DNA from: Clostridia bacterium
GTDB taxonomy: Bacteria; Bacillota; SHA-98; UBA4971
Direction: 5' to 3'
Length of the DNA: 64,000 bases
Assembly (NCBI GenBank): GCA_050261175.1
Contig: JBLNDA010000125.1
Span: forward strand, 10,343 to 74,342
Positions within the stretch are counted from its first letter, which is position 1; each line of letters begins with the position of its first letter. Made by a program: the position numbers and the translations under genes. The notes beneath the pieces are model-generated. The model worked only from the letters and a program-made list of their open reading frames with translations. It did not search any database and was not told where the DNA came from. Below are positions 38,302-47,743 of the stretch, in pieces.

Positions 38302-39024
38302 ATGATCAGAGTGGTCGGCCTGAACAAGCACTTCGGCCGGCTGCACGTGCTTCGCGATGTGAACTTCCAGGTGGTGAAGGGGGAGGTTGTCGTCATCCTC
38401 GGCCGCAGCGGGTCGGGGAAAAGCACGCTCCTCCGGTGCCTGAACTACCTTGAGCCGCCTGACAGCGGGGAGGTATGGGTCGACGGCGAGCTCATAGACC
38501 CGCGCAGGACCAACCTCCAAGCCCTCCGCGAGGAGATGGGCTTCGTTTTCCAGCATTTCAACCTCTTTCCGCATCTCACGACCCTCGACAACGTCACCCT
38601 CGCGCTGCGCATAGTGAAGAAGATGCCGGAGGCCCGCGCCAGGGAGATCGGTATGGGGATGCTCGGGAAGGTCGGGCTCGAGGCGAAAGCCGACGCTTAC
38701 CCAGACCAGCTCTCGGGCGGACAGCAACAGCGCGTGGCGATAGCGCGGTCCATGGCCATGAACCCTAAGGTGATGCTCTTCGACGAGCCGACGTCGGCCC
38801 TGGACCCTGAGCTGATAGGGGAAGTACTCGCCGCCATGGAGGATCTGGCGAAGGCCGGCATGACGATGATCGTCGTGACGCACGAGATGGGGTTCGCCAG
38901 ACGAGTCGCGCAGAGGGCGCTCTTCATGCACGAGGGGTCGTTCATAGAGGAAGGGACCCCGGCCGAGCTGTTCGAAAGCCCGAAGACGCCCGAGGCGAGG
39001 ACGTTCATCAAGTCGATCCTCTGA
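38302..39024 (+). CDS. Polar-amino-acid-type ABC transporter ATP-binding protein (orphan)
   Basis: MIRVVGLNKHFGRLHVLRDVNFQVVKGEVVVILGRSGSGKSTLLRCLN...LSGGQQQRVAIARSMAMNPKVMLFDEPTSALDPE...MIVVTHEMGFA. No permease or binding-protein gene is adjacent. Confidence 0.88.
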   Translation: MIRVVGLNKHFGRLHVLRDVNFQVVKGEVVVILGRSGSGKSTLLRCLNYLEPPDSGEVWVDGELIDPRRTNLQALREEMGFVFQHFNLFPHLTTLDNVTLALRIVKKMPEARAREIGMGMLGKVGLEAKADAYPDQLSGGQQQRVAIARSMAMNPKVMLFDEPTSALDPELIGEVLAAMEDLAKAGMTMIVVTHEMGFARRVAQRALFMHEGSFIEEGTPAELFESPKTPEARTFIKSIL

Positions 39025-39323
39025 GTCTCCGACCTCTCCATCCAGCGTTTCCGTGAAGGGCGCCCACGACGACGCCCGGCGACCGGCGAGGGCGCTCCAA
39101 ACGGGCTCCAAACGGCCTGTTTTCGGAAGGCGGTGCAGACGGGGGGGCGGGCGGCAGGAGATCGGTGCGCGGAGATCGCGGTGTGCCATGGAATGGCAGG
39201 AACATCGTGGGCACCGGGGGCCGGCACGGAGGACCCGTGAGGCCGGTTCCGCCCGGAGAGCCACGCTCTGTAGGCTGGCTGCAGGCTGAGGGAAAACCGG
39301 TGGTCGAAGGAGGTTGCGTGATC

Positions 39324-40391
39324 ATGCGAGAAGCGGTTAACCTGATGAGCGACACGGTCACCCTTCCGACGCAAGAGATGCTTCAGGCTATGGCGACGGC
39401 GCCCCTCGGGGATGACGTGACGCGCGAGGACCCAACGGTGAACCGGCTGGAGGCGCTTGCCGCCGAAAGGCTCGGGAAAGAGGCGGGTCTTTTCGTGGCC
39501 AGCGGGACCATGGGTAATCTGGTCGCGGTGCTCGCGCACACCCAGCGCGGGGATGAGGTCATCATGGAGTCGGAATGCCACATGTACTACTACGAGGTCG
39601 GCGGCCTGGCCGCGGTCGCGGGCGTCATGCCACGGCTCGTCCCAGGCAGGCACGGAGTGCTCGATCCGGATGACGTGGCCGCTGCGATAAGAGGCGCCAA
39701 CATCCACTACCCCACGCCGCGCCTGGTCGCTGTGGAGAACACTCACAATCGAGGGGGCGGCACGGTCACCCCCCTCAACGTCATGGTCGCCATCTGCAAC
39801 ATCGCGCGGTCAAGAGGTCTTGCCACCCACCTGGACGGCGCCAGGATTTTCAACGCCGCCATCGCGCTGGGGGTGGACGCGCGCGAGATCGCCCGGCCGT
39901 TCGACTCGGTCATGTTCTGCCTCTCGAAGGGCCTTTCCGCGCCGGTCGGCTCGGTTCTCGTGGGAAACCGGGACTTCATCGAGCGGGCGCGAAAGTGTCG
40001 CAAGCTGGTCGGGGGCGGCATGCGCCAGGCGGGCGTCATTGCCGCCGCAGGCATAGTCGCGCTGGAGAAAATGGTGGACCGGCTGAGGGAGGATCATCAG
40101 AACGCCCGCTTGTTGGGGGAGGGGCTTGCGGACATCCCCGGAATCGGCGTTGACCTGGAGACCGTCCAGACCAACATGGTCTACTTCGACGTAGCCGGCC
40201 TCGGCCTCGATACCCGGTCCTTCCTCAAGGAACTCGCTGAATACAACGTCAGGGCCTCGGAGCGTCCTCCGACAGGCGTCAGGATGGTCACTCACAGGCA
40301 TATTTCCCGGGAAAACATCCTCTATGTGCTCGACGTCATCAGAGAGATCTCCACGCGCCATCTCAAATCGGACTCTCGTTTACCGTCCTGA
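39324..40391 (+). CDS. ltaE: Low-specificity L-threonine aldolase
   Basis: LMSDTVTLPTQEMLQAMATAPLGDDVTREDPTVNRLEALAAERLGKEAGLFVASGTMGNLVAVLAHT...FCLSKGLSAPVGS (PLP lysine). Confidence 0.85.
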   Translation: MREAVNLMSDTVTLPTQEMLQAMATAPLGDDVTREDPTVNRLEALAAERLGKEAGLFVASGTMGNLVAVLAHTQRGDEVIMESECHMYYYEVGGLAAVAGVMPRLVPGRHGVLDPDDVAAAIRGANIHYPTPRLVAVENTHNRGGGTVTPLNVMVAICNIARSRGLATHLDGARIFNAAIALGVDAREIARPFDSVMFCLSKGLSAPVGSVLVGNRDFIERARKCRKLVGGGMRQAGVIAAAGIVALEKMVDRLREDHQNARLLGEGLADIPGIGVDLETVQTNMVYFDVAGLGLDTRSFLKELAEYNVRASERPPTGVRMVTHRHISRENILYVLDVIREISTRHLKSDSRLPS

Positions 40392-40614
40392 TGAGGCCCT
40401 TCCCGTGGGCTTACAGTGTGCGGCTCATCACCGCGGTGTTTTCGGGAAGGACCGGCGGGAGGCGATAGGCCTACCGCCGGTCACCGTACATCCCCGAATC
40501 GCCGGCCTCCGCGAGCACATCCCGCCGCCCACGCACGGCGGCAGTCGCGGGTAGGCTAGTGCCGCGTGCACCACCGGGCCACTCCGGACGAGGCCCGGGC
40601 GCGGTCCGCTTGGC

Positions 40615-42063
40615 TCAATAGGCCTTTGCAAGATACACCCAGAGGTCTGTCTCGGACCCGCAGCGAATGCATCTCCCGGAGCCGGCTCGTGAGTCCAGCG
40701 GGATGCACCTGATGCTGGCGCCGGTTTCCTCCTTGATGGCGGCCTCGCATTCCTGATGGCCGCACCAGGGCGCGTACACGAAACCCCTCTGCGTCTCCAT
40801 GACCCTCTTGAACTCGTCGTAGTCCTCGAGGCGATGGGTGTTCTGGTCCATGAACCGCTTCGCCCGTTCGTACAGTCCCTTCTGGACAGAGGCCAGCAAG
40901 TCCTCGACGGCCCGTTCGAGGCAATCCATGCTTGCGGTCATCTTCTCCCCGGTGTCGCGCCTCACGAGCACCACGTGCCCCGCTTTGATGTCGCGCGGCC
41001 CGATCTCCAGTCTGACCGGGACCCCTTTGAGCTCCCACTCATTGAACTTCCAGCCGGGCGAGAACTCCTCGCGGGCGTCCACATCCACCCTGCACACCTT
41101 CGCGAGGCGCGCCTCGATGTCGTGGGCCGCGGCGAGCACCGTTTCCCGCGCCGCGGGCGGCATGATGGGCACGATGACCACCTGTGTGGGCGCGACCCGC
41201 GGCGGAAGGGCAAGACCGCGTTCGTCCCCGTGGACCATGATGATTCCGCCGATGAGCCTCGTCGAGACGCCCCAGGAGGTCTGCCAGACGTGCTTGAGCT
41301 GATCGTCCTGGTCCAGGAAGGTGATGTCGAAGACTTTCGCGAAGTTCTGGCCCAGGTTGTGCGAGGTGCCCGCCTGAAGCGCCCTCCCGTCGGTCATGAG
41401 CGCCTCCACGGAGTAGGTCCTTACCGCCCCCGCGAACTTCTCCTTTTCAGTCTTTCTGCCCGCGATCACCGGAATGGCCAGGTCATCCGTGAGAAAGCTG
41501 CGGTAGACCTCGAGCATCTTGATGGTCTCTTCCTCAGCTTCCTCGGCGGTACGATGGCAGGTATGCCCTTCCTGCCAGAGGAATTCCGACGTCCGGAGGA
41601 ACAAACGTGTGGTCTTCTCCCACCTGACGACGTTCGCCCACTGGTTGATGAGGACGGGCAGATCGCGCCAGGACTTAATCCATTTCGAGTACATGTACCC
41701 GATGACCGTCTCCGACGTCGGCCTCACGACGAGGGGTTCGGCAAGGTCTTCGCTGCCCGCCCGCGTCACCCAGGCTACCTCCGGGGCGAAGCCCTCCACG
41801 TGTTGCGCCTCCCGGCGCAGAAAGCTCTCGGGGATGAAGAGGGGGAAGTACGCGTTCTTGTGTCCCGTCGCCTTGATGCGGGCGTCGAGGCGCGCCTGCA
41901 TGTTCTCCCAAAGCGTGTACCCATATGGCCGTATGACCATGCAGCCACGCACGGGAGCGTAGTCCGCTAGTTCGCTCTTGAGGATTACGTCGGTGTACCA
42001 TTGCGAGAAGTCTTCCGCCTTGGACGCTATGTGCTCAACGAAACCCTCCTGCTTCTCCATCAT
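40615..42063 (-). CDS. proS: Proline--tRNA ligase (archaeal/eukaryote-like type)
   Basis: MMEKQEGFVEHIASKAEDFSQWYTDVILKSELADYAPVRGCMVIRPYGYTLWE...FRTSEFLWQEGHT...WCGHQECEAAIKEETGASIRCIP. Confidence 0.93.
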   Translation of the reverse strand: MMEKQEGFVEHIASKAEDFSQWYTDVILKSELADYAPVRGCMVIRPYGYTLWENMQARLDARIKATGHKNAYFPLFIPESFLRREAQHVEGFAPEVAWVTRAGSEDLAEPLVVRPTSETVIGYMYSKWIKSWRDLPVLINQWANVVRWEKTTRLFLRTSEFLWQEGHTCHRTAEEAEEETIKMLEVYRSFLTDDLAIPVIAGRKTEKEKFAGAVRTYSVEALMTDGRALQAGTSHNLGQNFAKVFDITFLDQDDQLKHVWQTSWGVSTRLIGGIIMVHGDERGLALPPRVAPTQVVIVPIMPPAARETVLAAAHDIEARLAKVCRVDVDAREEFSPGWKFNEWELKGVPVRLEIGPRDIKAGHVVLVRRDTGEKMTASMDCLERAVEDLLASVQKGLYERAKRFMDQNTHRLEDYDEFKRVMETQRGFVYAPWCGHQECEAAIKEETGASIRCIPLDSRAGSGRCIRCGSETDLWVYLAKAY

Positions 42064-42254
42064 TCCATCCGGCGCCCGTTCAGATCCTTGCCCGCACGAC
42101 CGTCCGACGCGGGATGGAAGACCGTGCGATTCCTATGACGGCAAAGGACCTCAGCGCCATCCACCCTCCTTCGTAGCGTAATGGTATGACCTCTTACGGT
42201 CTAGCCCTCATCGTCTCCCGCGGGCGTCCGTCCACGCCTCGAAGCAGGACTGCG

Positions 42255-42592
42255 GACAACAGTAAGGCCTTCGCCCTTGTCGAGGGCGAAGGCCTGGACC
42301 TCCGCGGTGCCACCCCGCTTGGCGCTGCGCTGCCACGTACGGCAACACAGCCGCCCGCTCACCCCTGCGCCGCGTCGCCGCGCAGTGCGCCGGCGCAGGC
42401 TTCCCGCTAACGGTGGGACTCCGTCGAACTCGTCGTTCGCGGCTCCAGGGTGGGATGCCATCGACCCGTGCGGCAAGCCTCTCAGCTGTTGGCTTGCTCT
42501 CTTGACGCCGTGGTTCGCGGCGGCCCCTTCATCACCATTGTCGGGCGAAATTCGGATGTCTCAACTATAGCATACCCGCCAGACAAAGGCAA
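42255..42592 (-). promoter_or_regulatory. T-box leader of proS, with promoter and terminator/antiterminator
   Basis: On the minus strand: -35 TTGCCT (42592-42587), a 17-nt spacer, and -10 TATAGT (42569-42564). The T-box core is GGGGTGGCACCGCGGA (reverse complement of 42301-42316). It is followed immediately by a 13-bp terminator stem (42265-42277 pairing with 42283-42295). AGAGA and GCUGAGA stem-I-like motifs lie upstream. Confidence 0.8.
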
Positions 42593-42680
42593 CACGCGGG
42601 CGGCTCCGACCGGGTCACACGCCGCTGGCGCGACCCACCACAGGGCGTCAGCGCCCCCATGGCCCCCGGCCCCGCGGGCC

Positions 42681-42785
42681 GGCGCAGGTGGGCGCAGGTG
42701 GGGCGGCCGGCGGGTGTGAGCGGCGGGTGTGAGCGGTGGGCGTGAGCGCCGGGCGTGGCCCGCGGGCGATGGGCGTGAGCGACCT
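42681..42785. repeat. GC-rich degenerate tandem repeats (10-mer x2, 13-mer x about 6)
   Basis: GGCGCAGGTG occurs twice (42681-42700). CGGCGGGTGTGAG occurs twice exactly (42708-42733), followed by decayed units CGGTGGGCGTGAG, CGCCGGGCGTGGC, CCGCGGGCGATGG and GCGTGAGCG. Confidence 0.8.
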
Positions 42786-43133
42786 CGCGCAGGGCACCCC
42801 GTCCAAGGAGAAAAGGAGCGCAAGGCAAGCAGGTAAACCGGCGTCTACCGTAGAAAAGCTACTCTCACGACAGCGAGCCGCGGCGACCCGGATGAGGGGG
42901 CGGCTCGTGTCCGCAGCGCACCGGGGCTCTGGCCCGTCGGCGCACCGAACCCTACGAACGCGCATGAATACGCGCGACGGAGATGAAACGGAGGACGAGC
43001 GCACCCCGGCCGGCGGCCGAGCGGGGCACGAAGCCGCTCCACGCCCACCCGCCGCCGGAAGGCTGCCGCCGGCTCAAAGAAAAAGAGGGCACCCGGGCAA
43101 GCGGGCTTGTAAGGGGAGAGGAGGAGGCTGTCA

Positions 43134-44339
43134 ATGATCGCGGGACACGTGTGTTACGGCATGGGTTTCTTCACCATCGCTCCTCTCGGCATCGCGCTGG
43201 TCGCGCTGGTTGCGTTGTCTTCATGCCCGGCACTGGCCGCTCCCGTGAGCGATACGATCAAGCATTCCCTCGAGTCCGATTTCGCCGGCGCTCAGTGCGT
43301 AGGTGTGGCGTGGCGCGCGGACGCGCGTTCGGCGGCTCCGAGCGAGGGGGCTCGCGGAGCCAGCGGGTGGACTGGAGGCCTGGCCCTCGAAAAAGGGCCC
43401 GGAGGGTACGCCGCAACGGGCACGGTGACCTCGAGACCTCTCCGGACGGCGTTCGCCTTCAACAACGTGGTTCCCTCGTGGAACATTACAGCTCCGGAGG
43501 GAACGGGGGCGGTCATCGAGGTGCGCGCGGGCTTTGACGACTCCCGCTGGACGAGCTGGTACGAGATAGCGCGTTGGGGAAAACTGCGATCCCCCGGCGC
43601 GCCCGGGCTCAAGAAAGACGCCTCGGGTTTCGTGAACGAGGATACGCTCGAATTGAGTTCGAAAGCCTCCGTCCTTCAGTACCGCATCACCCTTGTCTCC
43701 GAGAATCGTGACGCCACCCCTGTGTTGAGGCTGGTAGCCCTGTGCTACGCGGACACCACGAACGAGGCGGCGGTGCCCGCGTTCGCCCCGCCCTCCGACC
43801 CGGCGCAGGCCCCGTGGGTGAGGGATCTCCCGGTGCCGTTCAGGTCGCAGCGGAGCGAAGGCCCCTCGATCGCGGGGCGCATATGCTCTCCCACGTGCGT
43901 GGCGATGGCTCTGGAATACCACGGGGTCTCCGTCCCCACGGGTACCGTGGCCGCGCAGGCTTACGACAGCCTGAACTCCATCTACGGCAACTGGCCGTTC
44001 AACACGGCCGCGGCTGCCCTTTACGGCTTCGAAGCATATGTGACGCGCTTTCCCGGGTTCGAGCCGGTGCAGGCAGAGATAGCGGCCGGCCGCCCGGTCA
44101 TCATCTCCATAAGGTTCGGACCGGGGCAGCTGAAGGGCGGGCCGCTTACGAGCACGTCCGGCCACCTCATTTTGGTGAGGGGCTTTACCAAAGATGGGGA
44201 CGTGATCGTGAACGACCCGGCGGGCAGGACGGAGGCGGAGGGACACGTAGTATACAAGAGAGAAGAGCTCCTCCGGGCGTGGAGGAACGGGGTCGCCTAC
44301 ATCATCCGGCCCCTCGCGATCCGGCCCCTCGCGCCGTGA
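43134..44339 (+). CDS. Secreted peptidase C39-like (papain-fold) domain protein
   Basis: A signal/TM segment (FFTIAPLGIALVALVALSSCPALA), an N-terminal beta-rich domain, then ...GRICSPTCVAMALEYHGV...TSGHLILVRGFTKDGDVIVNDP (Cys/His pair). Confidence 0.65.
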   Translation: MIAGHVCYGMGFFTIAPLGIALVALVALSSCPALAAPVSDTIKHSLESDFAGAQCVGVAWRADARSAAPSEGARGASGWTGGLALEKGPGGYAATGTVTSRPLRTAFAFNNVVPSWNITAPEGTGAVIEVRAGFDDSRWTSWYEIARWGKLRSPGAPGLKKDASGFVNEDTLELSSKASVLQYRITLVSENRDATPVLRLVALCYADTTNEAAVPAFAPPSDPAQAPWVRDLPVPFRSQRSEGPSIAGRICSPTCVAMALEYHGVSVPTGTVAAQAYDSLNSIYGNWPFNTAAAALYGFEAYVTRFPGFEPVQAEIAAGRPVIISIRFGPGQLKGGPLTSTSGHLILVRGFTKDGDVIVNDPAGRTEAEGHVVYKREELLRAWRNGVAYIIRPLAIRPLAP

Positions 44340-44489
44340 GGCCGATTGGGCGTCTCGAAGACCGCCGCTGCCGATAGGCGCGAGCCGGTCGGGGCCCTGC
44401 TTCCATTCGACGCACCACCTCCCTGGGTTGGATCGCGGCAGCGACAGGAGCAATGGGACGGAGCAGAAGACAGCAGGAGGTAACCAAGA

Positions 44490-45176
44490 TTGACCGGGAC
44501 CGCAATAAACGTCGCGACTGTACTAGCGGGCACCGCGCTCGGGCTCGCATTGAGAAAGAGGACACCGGACAGGATATCTCACACGGTTGTGCAGAGTATA
44601 GGTATCTTCACCCTTTTCATCGGGATGAGCATGGCCTTGGGGACCAAGAATGTGCTCGTGGCCCTCTTCAGCATGGCCATCGGTTCCGCCGTCGGGACCG
44701 CCGTGGACATCGAAGGGTGGCTGGAGCGGACCGCGTCTAGAGTGGAGGCCCGCTTCGCCCGTGGCGAGAGCGGCGCGCTCGCAAGAGGGTTTATCGCGGC
44801 GAGCCTCCTTTTCTGTGTCGGTCCCATGGCCATCCTAGGGTCGATTCAGGACGGCCTAACGGGGGATTACCGCATCCTGGTGACAAAGGCGATAATGGAT
44901 GGGTTCTGTTCCGTCGCCTTCGCCGCCACCCTCGGCGTAGGAGTCGCGCTGTCCGCGGGGGCGATCCTCGTGTACCAGGGCGCGCTGACCCTTGCGGCCA
45001 CGAGCATCAAAGTGTTCCTCAGCGACGCGGCCGTCCGGGAGATGACGGCGGTGGGCGGCTTGCTGATCGTCGGAATCGGCGTGGACATGTTGGGTGTCAA
45101 GAAGATCCATGTGGCGAACATGCTGCCTGCCATCGCGGTCGCGCTGATCCTGGCGCGGCTCGCGTTCAAGGCATGA
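44490..45176 (+). CDS. DUF554-family membrane protein
   Basis: MTGTAINVATVLAGTALGLALRKRTPDRISHTVVQSIGIFTLFIGMSMAL...GSIQDGLTGDYRILVTKAIMDGF. TTG start with an AGGAGG RBS. Confidence 0.75.
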   Translation: MTGTAINVATVLAGTALGLALRKRTPDRISHTVVQSIGIFTLFIGMSMALGTKNVLVALFSMAIGSAVGTAVDIEGWLERTASRVEARFARGESGALARGFIAASLLFCVGPMAILGSIQDGLTGDYRILVTKAIMDGFCSVAFAATLGVGVALSAGAILVYQGALTLAATSIKVFLSDAAVREMTAVGGLLIVGIGVDMLGVKKIHVANMLPAIAVALILARLAFKA

Positions 45177-45326
45177 GAAGGCATGAGGATCACAAGGACC
45201 CTGCCGGGAGTCCCGGCCAGCCGCCCGGGGCGGGCGTGCCGCGGCCTGCCCGGTGCCCGGTGGACGCGGTGTGCCTGGTCAGGGGACGCCGATATTCGAT
45301 ATCTGTTCGAGTGTCCGGGAGTCGGC

Positions 45327-45902
45327 ATGTTGCTGGAGGTGGTCGAAGTGACATGGGCCAAAGCTGGTCCGGAGAATACCCTCGAGACCTTGAGGATCGC
45401 CGTCGAGGCTGCAAGACGCGAGAGCATACGCTATCTAGTGATCGCGTCGAGTTCCGGGACGACCGCGAGAAAGGCCCTCGAGATCGGCGCTACGGATCTC
45501 TCGATTATATGCGTCACGCATCACGTGGGCTTCAGCGGTCCAGGCGTAGACGAGATGCCGCCTGAAGTGAGGCAAGACCTCACCTCGCGCGGGGTGAAGG
45601 TCCTCACCACCACGCACGCGCTCGCGGGAGTGGACCGCTCGTTCAGGTTGAAGTTCGGGGGCGTGTACCCGCCTGAGATAATCGCGGCGGCCCTCAGGAT
45701 GCTGGGCCAGGGGCTCAAAGTGTGTGTGGAGATCTCCATCATGGCCCTGGACGCAGGGCTCGTGCCTTACGGCGAGCGGGTGGTGGCCGTCGGCGGGACG
45801 AGCACAGGAGCCGACACCGCGGCGATCATCGTGCCTGAGCATTCAAACAATCTATTCGGTCTCAGGGTTGAGGAGATCCTCTGCAAGCCCAGAGCCTGGT
45901 AG
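45327..45902 (+). CDS. Pyruvate kinase C-terminal (alpha/beta) domain-like protein
   Basis: WAKAGPENTLETLRIAVEAARRESIRYLVIASSSGTTARKALE...GQGLKVCVEISIMALDAGLV...VVAVGGTSTGADTAAII. The start is Met49 of ORF 45183. Confidence 0.6.
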   Translation: MLLEVVEVTWAKAGPENTLETLRIAVEAARRESIRYLVIASSSGTTARKALEIGATDLSIICVTHHVGFSGPGVDEMPPEVRQDLTSRGVKVLTTTHALAGVDRSFRLKFGGVYPPEIIAAALRMLGQGLKVCVEISIMALDAGLVPYGERVVAVGGTSTGADTAAIIVPEHSNNLFGLRVEEILCKPRAW

Positions 45903-45985
45903 CATGGGACCCGGGCCGCGCGGCCTGGGACGTCCGAGCCGAGCCCGCGCAGGGCTTCACAAGGCCGCACGCTTGGAGCGAGAGG

Positions 45986-46072
45986 TCACACCCGGCGCCT
46001 CACCACAAGGATGCAGGTTTTCTTGCGCCACTTGAAGAGGGGGCCGACGATCCTTTCGAGCAGGCGATACAC
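45986..46072 (-). CDS. Candidate 28-codon small ORF (VYRLLERIVGPLFKWRKKTCILVVRRRV)
   Basis: The minus strand carries AAAGGAGGA, 6 nt after the full motif (7 nt after the GGAGG core), then GTG. This is the strongest Shine-Dalgarno (SD) match in this spacer. No family is recognised, and it is nested in the longer ORF 45986..46222. Confidence 0.25.
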   Translation of the reverse strand: MYRLLERIVGPLFKWRKKTCILVVRRRV

Positions 46073-46239
46073 CGGGGATCCTCCTTTTGTCACGCGACTC
46101 CGTAATTCCGTACCATCATAATATCGCCCCGGCACTTGAAGTGTGCTGGCGCGGGAGGTAAAATGTTGCCGTCGCAAGCGCGGCGACATCAGGCTTTCGC
46201 CATGTCGTAGGACGCAAGTCACGCGGGGAGGGTCAGTGA

Positions 46240-47292
46240 GTGCCTGAGCTGAGGCTTGACCCTGTGACGGGGCGGTGGGTGCTAGTAGCCACCGAGCGTG
46301 CCAAGAGACCGAAGGACTTCACCCATGAGGACATCGCGGTGGGTAAGGTCCGCCCCGAGAGAAGCGATACGTGCCCGTTCTGCCCTGGCAACGAGGCGCA
46401 GACCCCGCCGGAGATCTTTTCCTTCCGGCATGACGGTACGCGACCGGACCAGGAGGGCTGGTGGGTGAGGGGCGTGCCGAACAAGTACCCCGCCCTCACA
46501 TGGAAGCCTACGGTTCAAGCCTCGACGTCGGGCGTCTTCAGCGTGAGGCCCGCCACAGGGGCGCATGAGGTGATCATCGAGTCCCCCGTCCACAATGCCA
46601 GCCCGGCGACCATGTCGCATGACCAGATGGCGGAGGTCATACGGGCGTACTGCCATCGTTATCGGGCTCTCGCCGCGGCTCCTGACATCAGGTACATCCT
46701 CGTTTTCAGGAACCATGGAAGGGACGCCGGAGCGTCACTGGAACACCCCCATTCCCAGATCGCGGCGGTGCCGCTGGTGCCGCCTGTCGTCCTCGAGGAA
46801 CTTGCCGGTGCAAGGCATCACCACGAGTCGACGGGCCGGTGCGTTTTCTGCGACATGGTACGCCAGGAGCTCGAAGCCGGTGTCAGGGTCGTGGTTGAGA
46901 CGCCCGAGTTCATCGCGCTGGAGCCGTATGCCTCGAAGATGCCCTTCGAGACGTGGGTGCTGCCCAAAGCGCACTCCCCGTCCTTCCAGAACCTCGATCC
47001 ATTGAGCTACCGCGAGCTGGGCCGGGTCCTCGTGGACGTGCTCGGCGCGGTCGGCACGGGGCTGCAGGACCCGCCATACAACTATATCCTTCACACTGCG
47101 CCGCCTCGCGAGCAGTGTGAAGGGTTCTATCATTGGCACATCGAGATCTTCCCGAAGCTGACGGTGGCGGCGGGGTTCGAGTTCGGGATGGGCATGTACA
47201 TCAATGTGACCACGCCGGAGAGTGCGGCAGAGTTCCTCAGAAATCACGTTCCGGGCGGGCCGTCGGGAAGGAATTCCGGGGTTCAGAGCTAA
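46240..47292 (+). CDS. GalT-family (HIT superfamily) hexose-1-phosphate nucleotidyltransferase / ADP-glucose phosphorylase-like protein
   Basis: MPELRLDPVTGRWVLVATERAKRP...CPFCPGNE...VPNKYPAL...HEVIIESPVH...GASLEHPHSQI (HxHxQ)... Confidence 0.8.
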   Translation: MPELRLDPVTGRWVLVATERAKRPKDFTHEDIAVGKVRPERSDTCPFCPGNEAQTPPEIFSFRHDGTRPDQEGWWVRGVPNKYPALTWKPTVQASTSGVFSVRPATGAHEVIIESPVHNASPATMSHDQMAEVIRAYCHRYRALAAAPDIRYILVFRNHGRDAGASLEHPHSQIAAVPLVPPVVLEELAGARHHHESTGRCVFCDMVRQELEAGVRVVVETPEFIALEPYASKMPFETWVLPKAHSPSFQNLDPLSYRELGRVLVDVLGAVGTGLQDPPYNYILHTAPPREQCEGFYHWHIEIFPKLTVAAGFEFGMGMYINVTTPESAAEFLRNHVPGGPSGRNSGVQS

Positions 47293-47349
47293 TATAGATA
47301 GGTACGGAAGGTACAGGAAGAGAATAGCGAACAGAATAGCGGCCGGATG

Positions 47350-47637
47350 AAGACGGAGGGAGATGCTCCGCGACCGCGGGCGACCCCGCTGACACAGCGG
47401 GCGCAGAGGCGGCGCGTGAGAGCCGAAGGAGCAAGACGCACGTTTGCCACGCGCGCGTCCAAACTCTCAGGCAAAAGCACCTTCGCTGACGGCACTCTGG
47501 AGAGGCGCCTCCGTTGCTCCCATATGCGTACGTAACTTGTATGGGACGAGCCGATGTACGCCGGAGGTGCCGCCGACGGGGTAACCTACCCGCCCTGGGC
47601 AGTTGGCGGGGGAATCTCTCAGGCGTCAGGACAGAGA
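47350..47637 (+). promoter_or_regulatory. Tandem glycine riboswitch (two aptamers)
   Basis: Aptamer 1: ...GGAGGGAGA...AGCCGAAGGAGCAA...ACTCTCAGGCAAAAGCAC. Aptamer 2: CTCTGGAGAG...GCCGCCGACGGGGTAA...ATCTCTCAGGCGTCAGGACAGAG. It lies directly upstream of gcvT. Confidence 0.85.
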
Positions 47638-47669
47638 AACGGGCAACGCGTTTGCCCGTTTTGCGTTTT
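47638..47669 (+). terminator. Riboswitch expression-platform terminator
   Basis: AACGGGCAA (47638-47646) pairs with TTGCCCGTT (47652-47660), followed by TTGCGTTTT. Confidence 0.7.
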
Positions 47670-47743
47670 CCAGGGCCCGGCGGAGGGGTGGATGTCCGGG
47701 CCCCGGAGCGGTGAGCAAGAAAGAAACGCGGGAGGTGAGCGAG

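Noticed and set aside
39025-39323. The 299-nt leader upstream of ltaE was considered as a T-box or guanidine-type riboswitch.
   Set aside because: The fragments GGTTCCG and CCGGAGAG are only superficially ykkC-like. No T-box core and no convincing terminator are present, so the evidence is insufficient.
42681-42785. The short direct repeats were considered as a possible CRISPR array.
   Set aside because: The units are 10-13 nt and contiguous with no spacers, and no cas genes are present. This is a degenerate minisatellite, not a CRISPR array.
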